A stretch of DNA of 64,000 nt from Octopus bimaculoides (taxonomy: Eukaryota). The position numbers were made by a program, and so were the translations under genes. Under the pieces are notes generated by a model that was given only the letters and a program-made list of their open reading frames with translations, was not told where the DNA came from and made no database searches. Of the stretch, positions 1 to 12,840 are shown piece by piece (within the stretch, counting starts at the first letter, position 1; each line of letters opens with the position of its first letter). The stretch spans positions 22,935,808 through 22,999,807 of the forward strand of contig NC_068983.1 in assembly GCF_001194135.2 (NCBI RefSeq), written 5' to 3'.

Positions 1-414
1 ACTGTGTGTCTAGAAAATGATGTGAAGAGCCTTTTGCTATTTTCTTCCGCTTATTGTTATGCACAAATGTTTTCAGCAATGTTTATAACCAAAAACAAAT
101 TTCTAGCCAAGGTGTTTGTGTCCCTCTGAAACTGTACTGAGAACTGAGTTCATTACATTCATTAAAATGTGAATGTAGATGAGACAGAAACTTTGGCTAG
201 AAACAACAGTCAAAAAAAAAATTCATTACATTCATTAAAAATGTAACATTAAATTAAGCTTTTTTTAACTGACACACAAAGCCAGATATTGATGAGTAAG
301 AAACTTACTAACAACCCTAGACCTTTACTGATACCATATTTTATTGACCCCCGAAAGACAAAAGTCACAGTTGATCATAATGTAACTTGGACCCTTTACA
401 TTAGATTACATTAA

Positions 415-626
415 CCCTTTAGCATTTTAACTGGCTATATTCAGCCCAGAATATTCTACTTGTTTTATGATCTTGTCTCTCACACCTACTCTACAATGTT
501 GTTCTAAATATATAAAAATCACATCACTGAAACCTTGAAACTACAAGACAATGCATGTTCAATCAAAAACCATGAAAATAAATAAATAAACATTACATTT
601 GATAAAGAAATCTGAATGCCAAAGGA
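415..626. mobile_element. piggyBac-type MITE family 1 (other copies: ~4120-4276 partial, 11071-11290, ~35290-35440 partial, 36790-37034, 61919-62122)
   Basis: Ends TTAA|CCCTTTAGCATT ... AATGC(T/C)AAAGG(G/A)|TTAA around a shared ~215-bp body. TTAA flanks and CCC termini are the piggyBac signature. Confidence 0.8.
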
Positions 627-885
627 TTAATAAATATCACGTCTGTTCTCTGATACCCAACCATTTTACACACAATTCTTCACACGGCATTAGCCAACAC
701 TGACAGACATGATGAAGAAGAATACAGGGAGACAAACGTTTAAGAACCCTTGATCTAGTGTCTACCCTTCAAGAATACAGAATTAAGTGTACTACTAAAG
801 TATATTGAGTCTTTTCATTTCTGTCATCAGCTTGTGTCATAACAAATTGGTTGTAATAGGATTTGATCTCTTAATATTGTAGCTA

Positions 886-1263
886 GGAGGCACAATGGCC
901 CAGTGGTTAGGGCAGCGGATTCGCAGTCATAGGATCGCGATTTCGATTCCCAGACCGGGTGTTGTGAGTGTTTATTGAGCGGAAACACCTAAAGCTCCAC
1001 GAGGCTCCGGCAGGGGATGGTGGCGAACCCTGCTGTACTCTTTCACCACAACTTTCTCTCACTCTTACTTCCTGTTTCTGTTGTGCCTGTAATTCAAAGG
1101 GTCAGCCTTGTCACGCTGAATATCCCCGAGAACTACGTTAAGGGTACACGTGTCTGTGGATTGCTCAACCGCTTGCACGTTAATTTCACGAGCAGGCTGT
1201 TCCATTGATTGGATCAACTGGAACCCTCTACGTCGTAAGCGACGGAGTGCCAACAACAACAAC
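886..1263 (+). mobile_element. Full-length tRNA-derived SINE (family C, (AAC)n tail)
   Basis: A-box-like TGGCCCAGTGGTTAGG and B-box-like GATTTCGATTCC. (CAA)n tail. 10-bp target-site duplication ATTGTAGCTA at 876-885 and 1264-1273. Confidence 0.9.
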
Positions 1264-2477
1264 ATTGTAGCTAATAATCTGGAACATTAAACTTAGACAT
1301 GCTGTCTTCTGTTACTGAATGTTCTGTGTCAGCTATAATGAAGCCAGCATGTGTCACATGCTTTTTATTGATTGCTGACTAAGTGACCTATAAACAGAAT
1401 ATACAAGACATTACTACTTACTATACTGTGTGACTTTTTATGTATTTATTACTCAAGCATATTGTTGATTATCCTCCAGATCAGATTGAGCAGACCTATG
1501 ATCAAAGAAATTCAATCTATGACAATCTCATCTTTTTCTCTCTCCCACCCCCGTAGTAGTATACCATGAAGTATATTAGCCAGTGGTGGCTCATGTATCG
1601 GAACTGCGGAACCACCTATTTCCTCTTGATATTATCGATAACATTCAGTATTATGGGTTCCTTTTTTCTTTAATTCTTTCTTTATACTTGTACATTATAT
1701 AATCCTTAAGCTTAATGTCAGTAGCCATCCCCTAGTTTATAAGAAAAATACAAAAATTCTTGTATAGAACTGTGCGCTTCACAATTCCAGCGATGCACTG
1801 TTTGGCTGTTGTGCACATGCTCACATGTTGAGATAGGAAGCTTCACACTAGGGAGAGAGAGAGAGCACTTTGTGAACAACAGTGCTGGGTGGAAGTTAGT
1901 GTTTCTTTTTGACTCTGCGCGTGTTGTGCTTAACATGTTTATAGTCTTGAACATGGTAAAGTGTAGGATTAAATTATTATCCTGCTTCAAGCTTCAGTGT
2001 TGCTGCCAGGATTTGAAAAATCAGGCGCACCCCCCCCCCCCNNNNNNNNNNNNNNNNNNNNNNNNNNNNNNNNNNNNNNNNNNNNNNNNNNNNNNNNNNN
2101 NNNNNNNNNNNNNNNNNNNNNNNNNNNNNNNNNNNNNNNNNNNNNNNNNNNNNNNNNNNNNNNNNNNNNNNNNNNNNNNNNNNNNNNNNNNNNNNNNNNN
2201 NNNNNNNNNNNNNNNNNNNNNNNNNNNNNNNNNNNNNNNNNNNNNNNNNNNNNNNNNNNNNNNNNNNNNNNNNNNNNNNNNNNNNNNNNNNNNNNNNNNN
2301 NNNNNNNNNNNNNNNNNNNNNNNNNNNNNNNNNNNNNNNNNNNNNNNNNNNNNNNNNNNNNNNNNNNNNNNNNNNNNNNNNNNNNNNNNNNNNNNNNNNN
2401 NNNNNNNNNNNNNNNNNNNNNNNNNNNNNNNNNNNNNNNNNNNNNNNNNNNNNNNNNNNNNNNNNNNNNNNNNNNNN

Positions 2478-2845
2478 GTCCATTCAGCTGATATACATTA
2501 AGCGCCGACTACATAAACAAACGATTCTGAAACAATTAACCCTAACCCTAACCCTAGGGTTAGGGTTAGGGTTAAAGCAAATTTAAAATGAAAAAAGCAA
2601 ATAAAACGAAGAATCGTTTGTTTATGTAGTCGGCACTTAATGTATATCGGCTGAATGGACGTCAGTGATTGGTTGAAATTATCGAAATAAGACAATTTTT
2701 TACATGAAAGAAATTCGAATACAAAAATATTTTTCTGTTCTATAACACAAAATAGATAAGTATACGAAGTTTGAAAGTCTTTCGGTACCAAAAACACTAC
2801 GTAAAACATTAATGAAAAATGTGGCCCCCGTTTTAAAAAAGATCC
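2478..2845. mobile_element. Merlin/IS1016-like non-autonomous element, copy 1 (left end hidden in gap), with telomeric foldback centre
   Basis: 2661-2845 is the reverse complement of the left arm of the 37360-38016 element and ends ...CCCCCGTTTTAAAAAAGATCC. A 51-bp inverted repeat (2478-2528 / 2610-2660) encloses a perfect 40-bp palindrome at 2536-2575. Confidence 0.75.
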
Positions 2846-3679
2846 GAAATTATTTCTCTTTGCTTGTGGTGAGATATGAATGCAAAGTCTTTTGTTTAAG
2901 AAACCAAAACCTTACCTATTTGGTCAATATGATGACTCTTATGAACAAGGAAGACCATACAAAAAGACACCCCTTTTAACCATCACATAAGTACCAACAA
3001 CTAGTTTCAATTAAATCAATTATAATTTACTAATTGTCATTCAGATATGTTGATAATGGTTTGAAAACAAACTTGTTTACATCTATCACTTGACCTAAGA
3101 GAAATGCAACAACTTTTGAGTTGAAGGCATTTTTGTAAGTGGCCACTCAAAATGCTAGAAGTAGCAGTCAAATATCCCTTAAATCAAATCCTCACCATGT
3201 TGAATAATGAAACATAATGAAGCATGGGGCCTTGGGTGCCTTTAAAGGAGTTGACTCTCTTGTAAATATATGGACCAGGTCTCTGGTTTTAGAATACCTT
3301 CTTTTCTGAAACCTCTCTTGATTAAAAAGCAAGAAAATAATACCACTAAAATGATGGGAAATTCACCTCCAGTAGTCTACACTGCTTCTTGGCAATAGAA
3401 CTTTTTACCCAAAACTTTACATTAAAGAATAGCTTGTTTGTTAATTTACATTTTTGTTGAATTCAAAATTTTGTGAAGAAATAAAGACGAACATTTTTTT
3501 AAAATATGCAGTTTGAATTTAATATAGTTTAACTTTTGTTTACATTTGCAATACTTTAAAAAATGACATTGATGATGTATTTAAAACTGTTTCTTATCGA
3601 ATAGAATGATAGATCTTTAAGTGACTATTGAAAGGACAGTAACATTCTTCTGCTACATCTTTGGTGGTACGTAATTATT

Positions 3680-3850
3680 GTTTAACCCCCAAGTCAGCTC
3701 TGATTGAGCTATGATGAAAGGCATTCTAGCTATAGCCATCCTGTCTGTTTTGCATATGTTCATCCTTTGAGATGGTATGGTGTGATTTAAGGAAAATTTG
3801 ACTGTTATTTCTAGCATGTTGAGCAACCATATTCATGCTCCTACTGCTTC
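3680..3850. repeat. Further dispersed repeat family (AGCAGACCTATGATCAAAG...ATGACCATC core), unclassified
   Basis: Related segments at roughly 1475-1530, 5400-5530, 13260-13380, 13470-13680, 26560-26640, 32300-32530, 45590-45680, 48020-48120 and 61390-61560. Confidence 0.6.
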
Positions 3851-6312
3851 TGCAGTCACAAAGAGGAAAGGAGCTTGGTTATCTCTCTGAAGAAGGATTC
3901 CTGCTGCTGTTGTACAAAGTTTGATAGGTTTTCATATATAACATTCATAACTGTGATACCCTAATTCAACAGGAAATGTAACTTGATCTTTCTGTTGATC
4001 CTATCAAATGTCTTGAAGAAATCAACAAATAGAATTGAATTTTGTCTGAAAATTCTGAGCTCTTCTGTGATTCTTCTAAGGACAATAATTTGCATCAGTG
4101 TTGATCTATTTTAGTGAAAACCATTTTGGTTCTGTCACACCTAACCTACATTGAAATTCTAAAAATAAACAATCACATCGTTGAAACCTCAAAGCTGTAA
4201 GATAATGCATGATTAATTCAAAACAATTTGAGTGAAAAAGTATTACATTTAACAGAGTAATCTGAACATTAAAGGGTTAAGGAAGAATAAGGAGCATAGA
4301 AATGTAGATCTTTTGGTATTGGGTGTAATTTCTATGTAGTTCTGAAGCAGGTGAAGGTTACCTTTCTTTGGCAGTAGAAATATCAAGCTTGACTTAGTCT
4401 AAACAAAGCAATGTTGCAAAAACCAATGACAAGTTGATTCTAGGTCATGTGCACCTGAAAGCATGTGGAAGATGGAAATAAAATGTAGGAAATGGAAGTG
4501 AAGAACATGTGGTGCAGTTAATAAAATCATAACATCCTTGCTTGTTTAAGATTTTTGTTTTTTTCTATACTGACATAGGTTTCATGTTTCTGCAAATTTG
4601 GAGTTTTTGCATTAATGATAAACAACCTTCATAACAACAACCATGATAAGAAATTGATACTTCTGCCAAGTAATTAAAGCAAATACAAGTACTGTGCTTT
4701 TCATTAAAACATTTGAATAAATGAGGAAGATTTTTTTTATGGTTTCTTGGCATGCCAGAAATAGCAATCAGATTTCTCTAACTTACAGCTTTTTACTATG
4801 TTGCAAAAGGATACAGTGGACGATGTAGTCCCAAATATAGAAAAAGACAGGATGGTCGATCAATTTGAGCAGGTCTGTGATCAATTAGGACTGACCAGGG
4901 CTAAACAACAATACATCATAGAACATGTAATAAAACCATGACAGCAATCAAATTCCTTTACTACTCAACCACTGCATCACCATCGTTGTCATCGTCATCA
5001 TCTGGACATTATTGTTTCAAGTCCTAAGATTCATAGGATTGGTTACTCAGTTTCCATGCTGTATAAATAACTGAGATCACAACATTCTCCCTGAACTGGA
5101 TGCAGATATGTCATAGGGTTTCTCATTTACTGCTGAATGAACTGGATCAACGTTGAAATGAATTGTTTTTGCTGAAGAACACAATGCACTGTTCAGTCTG
5201 GAAATTGAAACTATAATCTTGTGATCGTGAATGTAACACTCTAACCATTATGCCACATGCCCTTACTACCACTACTACTATTTAACATAGATGTATTGAG
5301 TCTAATTGACTCTTTCAGATTGCGTATAGAGGTTACTGAGTTTATAGCACCTATTAAAAATGTGCAATTAATGCTGAATCTAAAATGGGATGAGGATTGT
5401 TGTTCAACCCCAGCTTGACTCCAATCAAGCAGACCTATGAACTGAGCAAATGTATTCCAGTTATGACCACCCTATCTTTATAGGGGTATTTCTAGGACTT
5501 GATTAGCCAATGTGTTCTTTCCTTATCCTTTTAGTTACTAGATTTCTGTTGAAATACACTAATGTTGTTTCAATTAATTTTGCAAATGAAGGTAATGAAA
5601 TAACTTTGCCATTAAACTGGTGTTTAGAACATCAATTAACATGAAATTTTTGGTGGGAGGTTTTAATTTAGGTCATTTTGAAATAAGAATTCTGTATCTT
5701 AGAACCAGTGGCAGTTTCTGGTCGGTTGGTATCAAAAGCATTAAAAAACTAGGGTGTAATTTGAGATTTGGTTGCTATTTCTAGCAAGTTATGTGACCTT
5801 GTAAGAGCTCCCCAGTTGGTTTAAAATGCTATGTGGGGTTATTTGACATTGACAGGATGAGTTCCAGACAACATAGGTTGTTGAAGTGCTATCAGAACTT
5901 ACTACATTTTGTAATATGATAATGAATAATTCATTGAGTTAAATAATTATTTTTTGTAGTTTTTTTTTATTTGTTATACTATTTAGTGATTGTTGTTGTT
6001 GTATTGCTTCATATCAGTCAAAATCAAACCTATGAACAATAAAAGGATGGCAATCCCATCCTTTCATTTTATTTTCTTTAATGCTGATATTGGTGTATCT
6101 AAGGCCAAGATTGCTCCAATTAAATGGCAAATAATTAGTAATCTGACATTTTGCTGATTGATCAATATTCATTTTTGGGTCAGTTCATTGGTTTTGATAA
6201 CTTGTTGTTCATGTCTTTTTTTGTTATTATTGAAAGACATGTATACTGGAACAAGAAAAACACGGGCAATAGAAATTCAGAAAATATTGAATTCAACAAC
6301 TAGACTCCTAGG

Positions 6313-6697
6313 TGTAGGAGTGGCTGTGTGGCAAGTAGCTTACTAACAAACCACATGGTTCTGGGTTCATTCCCACTGCATGGCACCTTGGGCAAGTGTC
6401 TTCTACTATAGCCTCGGGCCGACCAAAGCCTTGTGAGTGGATTTGGTAGACGGAAACTGAAAGAAGCCCGTCGTATATATGTATATATATGTGTGTGTTT
6501 GTGTATCTGTATTTGTCTTCCCAACAGCGCTTGACAACCAATGCTGGTGTGTTTACGTCCCCATAACTTAGCGGTTTGGCAAAAGAGACTGATAGAATAA
6601 GTACTAGGCTTACAAAGAATAAGTCCTGGGGTCGATTTGCTCAACTAAAGCCAGTGCTCCAGCATGGCCACAGTCAAATGACTGAAACAAGTAAAAC
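6313..6697 (+). mobile_element. SINE family A, full-length copy
   Basis: Same head, core and tail as 55386-55779. Confidence 0.9.
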
Positions 6698-8657
6698 TAA
6701 AAATACATATCATTTCCCAGGATGCTTAACGTCAGCCCACCTCTCAAATTACACCCTACTTTCCTAAAATTTTTGATACCAATCCTATTCATAGTACTTG
6801 AATGTGCTGGTCTATGTAACTGGAAACTACTGAGGATTGCCTTGAGTAGCGTAACTCTTTGTATGTAAAAAGGTGTCAAAATAATAAAGATGCTGTCCTA
6901 TCCTCCTGAGAAAATATGTGTTTAATTGACCTTTTAAAAAGGAAGTAATTTAAGAAATGCAAAAGATTATTTAAAGGTATTCAAAAGTTTTCCATTAATA
7001 ACGGTTTTAAATTTTGGCACAAGGGCCAGCAGTTTTTGTGGGGGAGTGGAAATAAGTTATGTTGAAACCTTTCCCTCTGTACTTGGTTGGTACTTATTTT
7101 ACCAACTCTGAAAGGATGAAAGGTAAAATCAACTTCTGCAGAATTTGAACTCAGAATGTAAAGATGGATGAAATGCTACTTAGCGTTTTGTTTGGTGCGC
7201 TAAAAACTCTACCAGCTTACTGCTTTAAATTTTCTATGAATAATGACCCCCTCAATATATTAACCTTCTCAAACAAACAATAAAATTTAGTGATTTAAAT
7301 TTGGGAAGTCTTTAGTGAATTCACTAAAGTGATGAGTTTTGTCACAAGTCACACCATGGATCTTGAGTACAAGAGAAAGAACAGGTTCAGTTTAGATAGC
7401 TGATAACTAATAATGTTTATAACCATATTAAATGTTGTCTTCTATGCAGGTTTAATTAATTTGAATATTTTAAAAAAATGTTTACTGTTGACTTTATGCT
7501 AGTATAATTGTCCAGACTGCATGTTCATGTTACAATCACACATTAAACATTGTATACGCTCAGACATGACTTTGGCTAAAAAGCTTGCTTCTCAACTACA
7601 TGGTTCCAGGTTTAGTCCTACTGCATGAAACTTCCGGGTTCAGTCCCACTGCATGGCACCTTGGGCAAGTGTCTTCTACTATAGCCTCGGGCTAACCAAA
7701 GCCTTGTGAGTGGATTTGGTAGACGGAAACTGAAAGAAGCCCGTCGTATATATNNNNNNNNNNNNNNNNNNNNNNNNNNNNNNNNNNNNNNNNNNNNNNN
7801 NNNNNNNNNNNNNNNNNNNNNNNNNNNNNNNNNNNNNNNNNNNNNNNNNNNNNNNNNCGATGCTGGTGTGTTTATGTCCCCGTAACTTAGCGGTTCAGCA
7901 AAAGAGACCGATAGAATAAGTACTAGGCTTACAAAGAATAAGTCCTGGGGTCGATTTGCTCGACTAAAGGCGGAGCTCCAGCATGGCCACAGTCAAATGA
8001 CTGAAACAAGTAAAAGAGTAAAAAGAGTATAAGAACAAGTAGCAAAAATAATTTCATATCTTGTTTCCTACAACACCGCAATGTGTTTTTGACACCTTAG
8101 TAGAAAATTACTATGATGAACTAGCAGTACATGAAATGAAGTGAAAAAACAATTGTGTAGTCTCATCCATTATATTTGTCACTTACCTACCAATTATATT
8201 ATCTGTGTAGTGTGTGAATAGTTGTAAAAATAAAATATAGTTATCTAAAATCCAACAATAAGTTTTACAAGATCTCTCTCTCTCCCTCCTAATATAGTAG
8301 TGTGTTGCTGATAGGTAAACCTATCAACCAGTCTGTGTGTTTGTGCATGTATGTATACTGTTTCCACCCACTTTTTTGTTGCTTGAATCTTAATGTCCTC
8401 ATTTTGCACATTCAGTTCTCTGCAGCATGTGAGAGATACTTCCAATTCCACTCAGGTTTCAACAGATTTTCTAATTGAAGTAATTGATATTTCATGAAGT
8501 AATGAATTAATCAAAATTTAGTTTAAAAACAAAAACCTGTGTTTTTTTGGCTGGTTTTTAAGAAAATGAAAAATATTATTGGTGCAGGTATGATGGTTTT
8601 GGTTTCAGTCTCACTGTGTGGCACCTTGGGCAGGAGTCTTCAACTATAGCTCTAGGC

Positions 8658-8968
8658 CAGTAGTTCCCAGCCAGGGTCCATACGACCCCTGTGGGGATCC
8701 ACATAAGATTTTGTCAGAGTTTATGTTCAATGATTTGGTCATACAATGCACAGTAGTTTAACAATTTAAAAAAAATACAATTGTCAGAATTTATGTTCAA
8801 TAAATTGATCATAGAATACACAGTTTTTTTTAAATACAATTCCTAATGATATATAATTGCAAAAATATATAATAAGAATTTTTTAAACATCAAATGGCTA
8901 TGAGGGTCTACCAGAATAAAATAGGAACCAGAGAGGTCCATAGATAAAAAAATGGTTGAAAACCAATA
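8658..8968. mobile_element. hAT MITE inserted in an old SINE A (related copy ~54302-54610)
   Basis: CAGTAGTTCCCAGCC ... GGTTGAAAACCAATA ends. Degenerate TSD CTCTAGGC/CTTTAGGT. Internal ~70-bp tandem duplication. Confidence 0.65.
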
Positions 8969-11900
8969 CTTTAGGTCAGGCCAACTAATGCCTTGAGAGT
9001 GTATTCAGTAAATGGAAACAGTAAGAAACTTGCTCTGTGTGTGTGTGTGTAGGCAAATGTACAAGAAATGTTGATATTCCATGCTTGTCACTACTTGAGT
9101 TAAATGGTGCTTTTGATTTTCTTTATTGTTGTTATGACTGGTTACTCAGCACTTCGAAAGATCTCTGAAATTAAATTTTAAAAACCTTTTCCTTGAAAAA
9201 CATGGGCTGCTGGGAGGAAAAGCATCCAGCATTAAAATCTTAATTGAAATATGTTTCCAACCAACCTACACTAGAATGGTAAGAAAAAAATGGTCATTAA
9301 ATAAACAAACGATATTAGCATGGGTTAATTCAGTATTCCTCAAGGATAGAGTACTTTGAGGATTGAGAAGTGGGCAAACAAATTGCTATATTCAATATTA
9401 TGGCTATATATATATATGAAGATTGCATGAAAGTAAAAGATGTGTTATAAAATGCTATCACGTTGAGGACCACCTGGTTAATTAGTTCCCCAAATGAAGA
9501 CTTCGTTTTTCTGATATGTTGTTTCACTCCAAGAGACATACCAGTAATGTTCCTTCTGCCCATAGCCATGTCATCTTGTATTCAACATAATTTGTAAATT
9601 GGCCTGATTATAATAGATGCAGGCATAGTTGTGTGGTTAAGACGTTCACTTTGCAACTACATGGTTTAGGTTTAGTCCCATTACATGGCATGTCTTCTAC
9701 TGTAGTCTCAGCCCATTGACATATATATATATATATATATCATCATTTAATGGAAAATGGATATTAAATAATGATAAACACACACAGAGGATGAGAATGT
9801 TTACATTTTGTCTTCATGGAATCACTTGAGCAGAAGCAGTGACATTACATTGGCAATTTCCTATCAACAACTTGCCCTGTAGCTCAGTAGAAATTAGTGG
9901 AATAAAAACCTATCTTAAAATCTGAGTTCAAAAATAAGTGAAAGTTACCATCAGAACTGCATCCAACTCTAAAACACTGCTTCAATAATGTCATCAACTT
10001 TCAAATGGTTACATTAACATATTAATCAAATTGTTTTTGCAAGGAGTTTGTTGGAAATGACACTATTTTATCTATACCTTTATTGGTTCACTTTGAATTT
10101 TTCATGGATCCTTCTATTGTGAGAAAGTCAGTTCTCTCTTGATTGCATGGTTACTCCTCTTTCTCTATATATATGTGTGTGTAATGAAGTGATTAGTGTT
10201 TGTTTAAAATATTCTGTTATCTCTGTTTAAGCTACTGCTTACTTTTCAGTATTGTGCAATGTCTAACGTTCATAACGGTATCAAATTTTCTTGATGCTAT
10301 TCAAACTGTCCTTAAGATTATCATTCACTAGGAAAACCTCTCTGGAACACTACACATGCACACACAATCCATGTATGTGTGTGCGTATATATATATATTT
10401 ATAGGTGCAGGTATGACTGTGTGATAAGAAACTTGCTTCCCAACCACATGGTTCTGTGTCTAGTATGACTGCATGACACCTTGGGCAATTGCCTTCTACT
10501 ATAACCGTGATCAACTAAAGCCTTTTGAGTGGATTTGGATGACAGAAACTGAAAGAAGCCTATCATATGTATGTGTCTGTGTTTGTACTCCACCACTGCT
10601 TGACAACCATCAATGTGTTTACATTCCAATAACTTAGCAGTTCAGCAAAAGGTGACTGACAGAATAAGTATCAGGCTTTAAAAGAAAAAATAAGTACTAG
10701 AGTTGATTCCATTTGACTAAAAGTGCTTCAAGATGATGCCCCATCATGGCCACAATCTAATGACTGAAACCGATAAAACACACAAACACACATGTATTTG
10801 TGTGTGTATTTCATTTTCATGAATGGGTACCCATCTTATTACTAACCAACACTTGTTTTTCAAATGACATTTTTTTTCCCTTTAGTCTTTGCAACTGAAA
10901 TGAAAGAGCCATGAAACACTGTTTACATGAGAGCTAAAGAAATATCATTCTTGATGAGTGCCAGTACAAAAACATGCTGAAACACACACACACGCACGCA
11001 CGCACGCCCCTTGCTGCTATATGTCTGTTCACATACCCACCATGTGCATGTCCCTGTTGGGAGGTTTTAACCATTTAGCATTCAGATTACTCTGTCAAAT
11101 GTAATACATATTTATTCACATTGTTTTGAATTAATCATGCATTATCTTGTAGATTTGAGATTTCGACAATGTGATTGTTTATTTTTAGAATGGTATTCTA
11201 GGGTAGTTGTGAGGTACCAGATCTAGCAAGTTTGAACATAAAACAGGTAGAATATTTGGGTCAGACATGGCTGGTTTAAATGCTAAAGGGTTAAACAGGT
11301 TATGGGCTAAATATTTAAGTAAAAGTTATAAATTTTATGTACTATTTCATTCTTTTTTTTTTTTCTTTTCTTTCATGCTTTCAATNNNNNNNNNNNNNNN
11401 NNNNNNNNNNNNNNNNNNNNNNNNNNNNNNNNNNNNNNNNNNNNNNNNNNNNNNNNNNNNNNNNNNNNNNNNNNNNNNNNNNNNNNNNNNNNNNNNNNNN
11501 NNNNNNNNNNNNNNNNNNNNNNNNNNNNNNNNNNNNNNNNNNNNNNNNNNNNNNNNNNNNNNNNNNNNNNNNNNNNNNNNNNNNNNNNNNNNNNNNNNNN
11601 NNNNNNNNNNNNNNNNNNNNNNNNNNNNNNNNNNNNNNNNNNNNNNNNNNNNNNNNNNNNNNNNNNNNNNNNNNNNNNNNNNNNNNNNNNNNNNNNNNNN
11701 NNNNNNNNNNNNNNNNNNNNNNNNNNNNNNNNNNNNNNNNNNNNNNNNNNNNNNNNNNNNNNNNNNNNNNNNNNNNNNNNNNNNNNNNNNNNNNNNNNNN
11801 NNNNNNNNNNNNNNNNNNNNNNNNNNNNNNNNNNNNNNNNNNNNNNNNNNNNNNNNNNNNNNNNNNNNNNNNNNNNNNNNNNNNNNNNNNNNNNNNNNNN

Positions 11901-12334
11901 NNNNNNNNNNNNNNNNNNNNNNNNNNNNNNNNNNNNNNNNNNNNNNNNNNNNNNNNNNNNNNNNNNNNNNNNNNNNNNNNNNNNNNNNNNNNNNNNNNNN
12001 NNNNNNNNNNNNNNNNNNNNNNNNNNNNNNNNNNNNNNNNNNNNNNNNNNNNNNNNNNNNNNNNNNNNNNNNNNNNNNNNNNNNNNNNNNNNNNNNNNNN
12101 NNNNNNNNNNNNNNNNNNNNNNNNNNNNNNNNNNNNNNNNNNNNNNNNNNNNNNNNNNNNNNNNNNNNNNNNNNNNNNNNNNNNNNNNNNNNNNNNNNNN
12201 NNNNNNNNNNNNNNNNNNNNNNNNNNNNNNNNNNNNNNNNNNNNNNNNNNNNNNNNNNNNNAATATTGGGGTCAATGACATCAACTAACACTTTCCTCTC
12301 AAAATTGTGGGTTTTGCGCCCAAATTAGAAACAA

Positions 12335-12360
12335 TTATGATTATTATTATTATTATTATG

Positions 12361-12402
<42 letters not shown>
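12335..12402. repeat. (ATT)n microsatellite (one of many; also (TAG)n 49113-49142, (TA)n, (TG)n and (GGT)n 26223-26260)
   Basis: Direct reading. Confidence 0.95.
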
Positions 12403-12403
<1 letters not shown>

Positions 12404-12404
<1 letters not shown>

Positions 12405-12840
12405 GGTGGCAAGCTGGCAGAATTGTTAGAATGCTGGACAAAATGCTCAGTGGCATTTCATCTGTCTTTACATTGAGTTCAAATTTTACCATGGCCAACT
12501 TTGGTTTTCATCCTTTTGGGATTAATAAAATAAGTACCAATTGAGCACTGTGGTTCATGTACTTAACTAGCCTCCACCCAACAAAATTTCAGACCAAGTA
12601 CCTATAGGATTATTATTGTATATTAAAGTGGTGAGCTGGCAGAATTGTTAGCATGCCGGTGCTTTGTGGCATTTCATCCGTCCTTATGTTCTAAGTTCAA
12701 ATTTTGCCGATCTCAACTTTGCCTTTCATACTTTTGAGGTTGATGAAATAAGTACCAGTTGTGTACTGAGCTTGATGTAAATGACTAGCCCCCTCCCCCC
12801 AAATTTCAGGTCTTGTGCCTATAGTAGAAAGTATTATATT
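12404..12840 (+). mobile_element. Two tandem copies of SINE family B ((ATT)n tail); >20 copies in window
   Basis: Head GGTG(G/A)GCTGGCAGAATTGTTAG, B-box-like GAGTTCAAAT, core TTTCATCCTTT...GATAAAATAAGTACCAGTTG, tail AGAAAGGATTATTATT. Other copies include 7010-7225(-), 15200-16060, 26880-27230(-), 39835-40050, 48590-48790(-), 51160-51380, 54915-55145, 58430-58630 and 63062-63685 (approximate). Confidence 0.85.

Noticed and set aside
886-960. tRNA-like sequence with A and B boxes (also 62764-62830 and SINE A/B heads)
   Set aside because: There is no complete cloverleaf or acceptor stem; each continues into a SINE body, with a tail and TSD in the full-length copies.
2536-2575. Ancestral chromosome end-to-end fusion site
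   Set aside because: Fusions read (TTAGGG)n then (CCCTAA)n. Here the order is reversed, only three units per side are present, and the tract lies inside a transposon.
6300-6644. Recurring peptides such as RLWSARGYSRRHLPKVP (also 18535-18822, 21081-21287, 44055-44429, 55364-55615)
   Set aside because: These are translations of SINE A copies, not a gene family.
9330-9575. Minus-strand ORF with a possible 33-nt micro-exon
   Set aside because: No recognisable domain, no partner exons, and chance-level splice signals.
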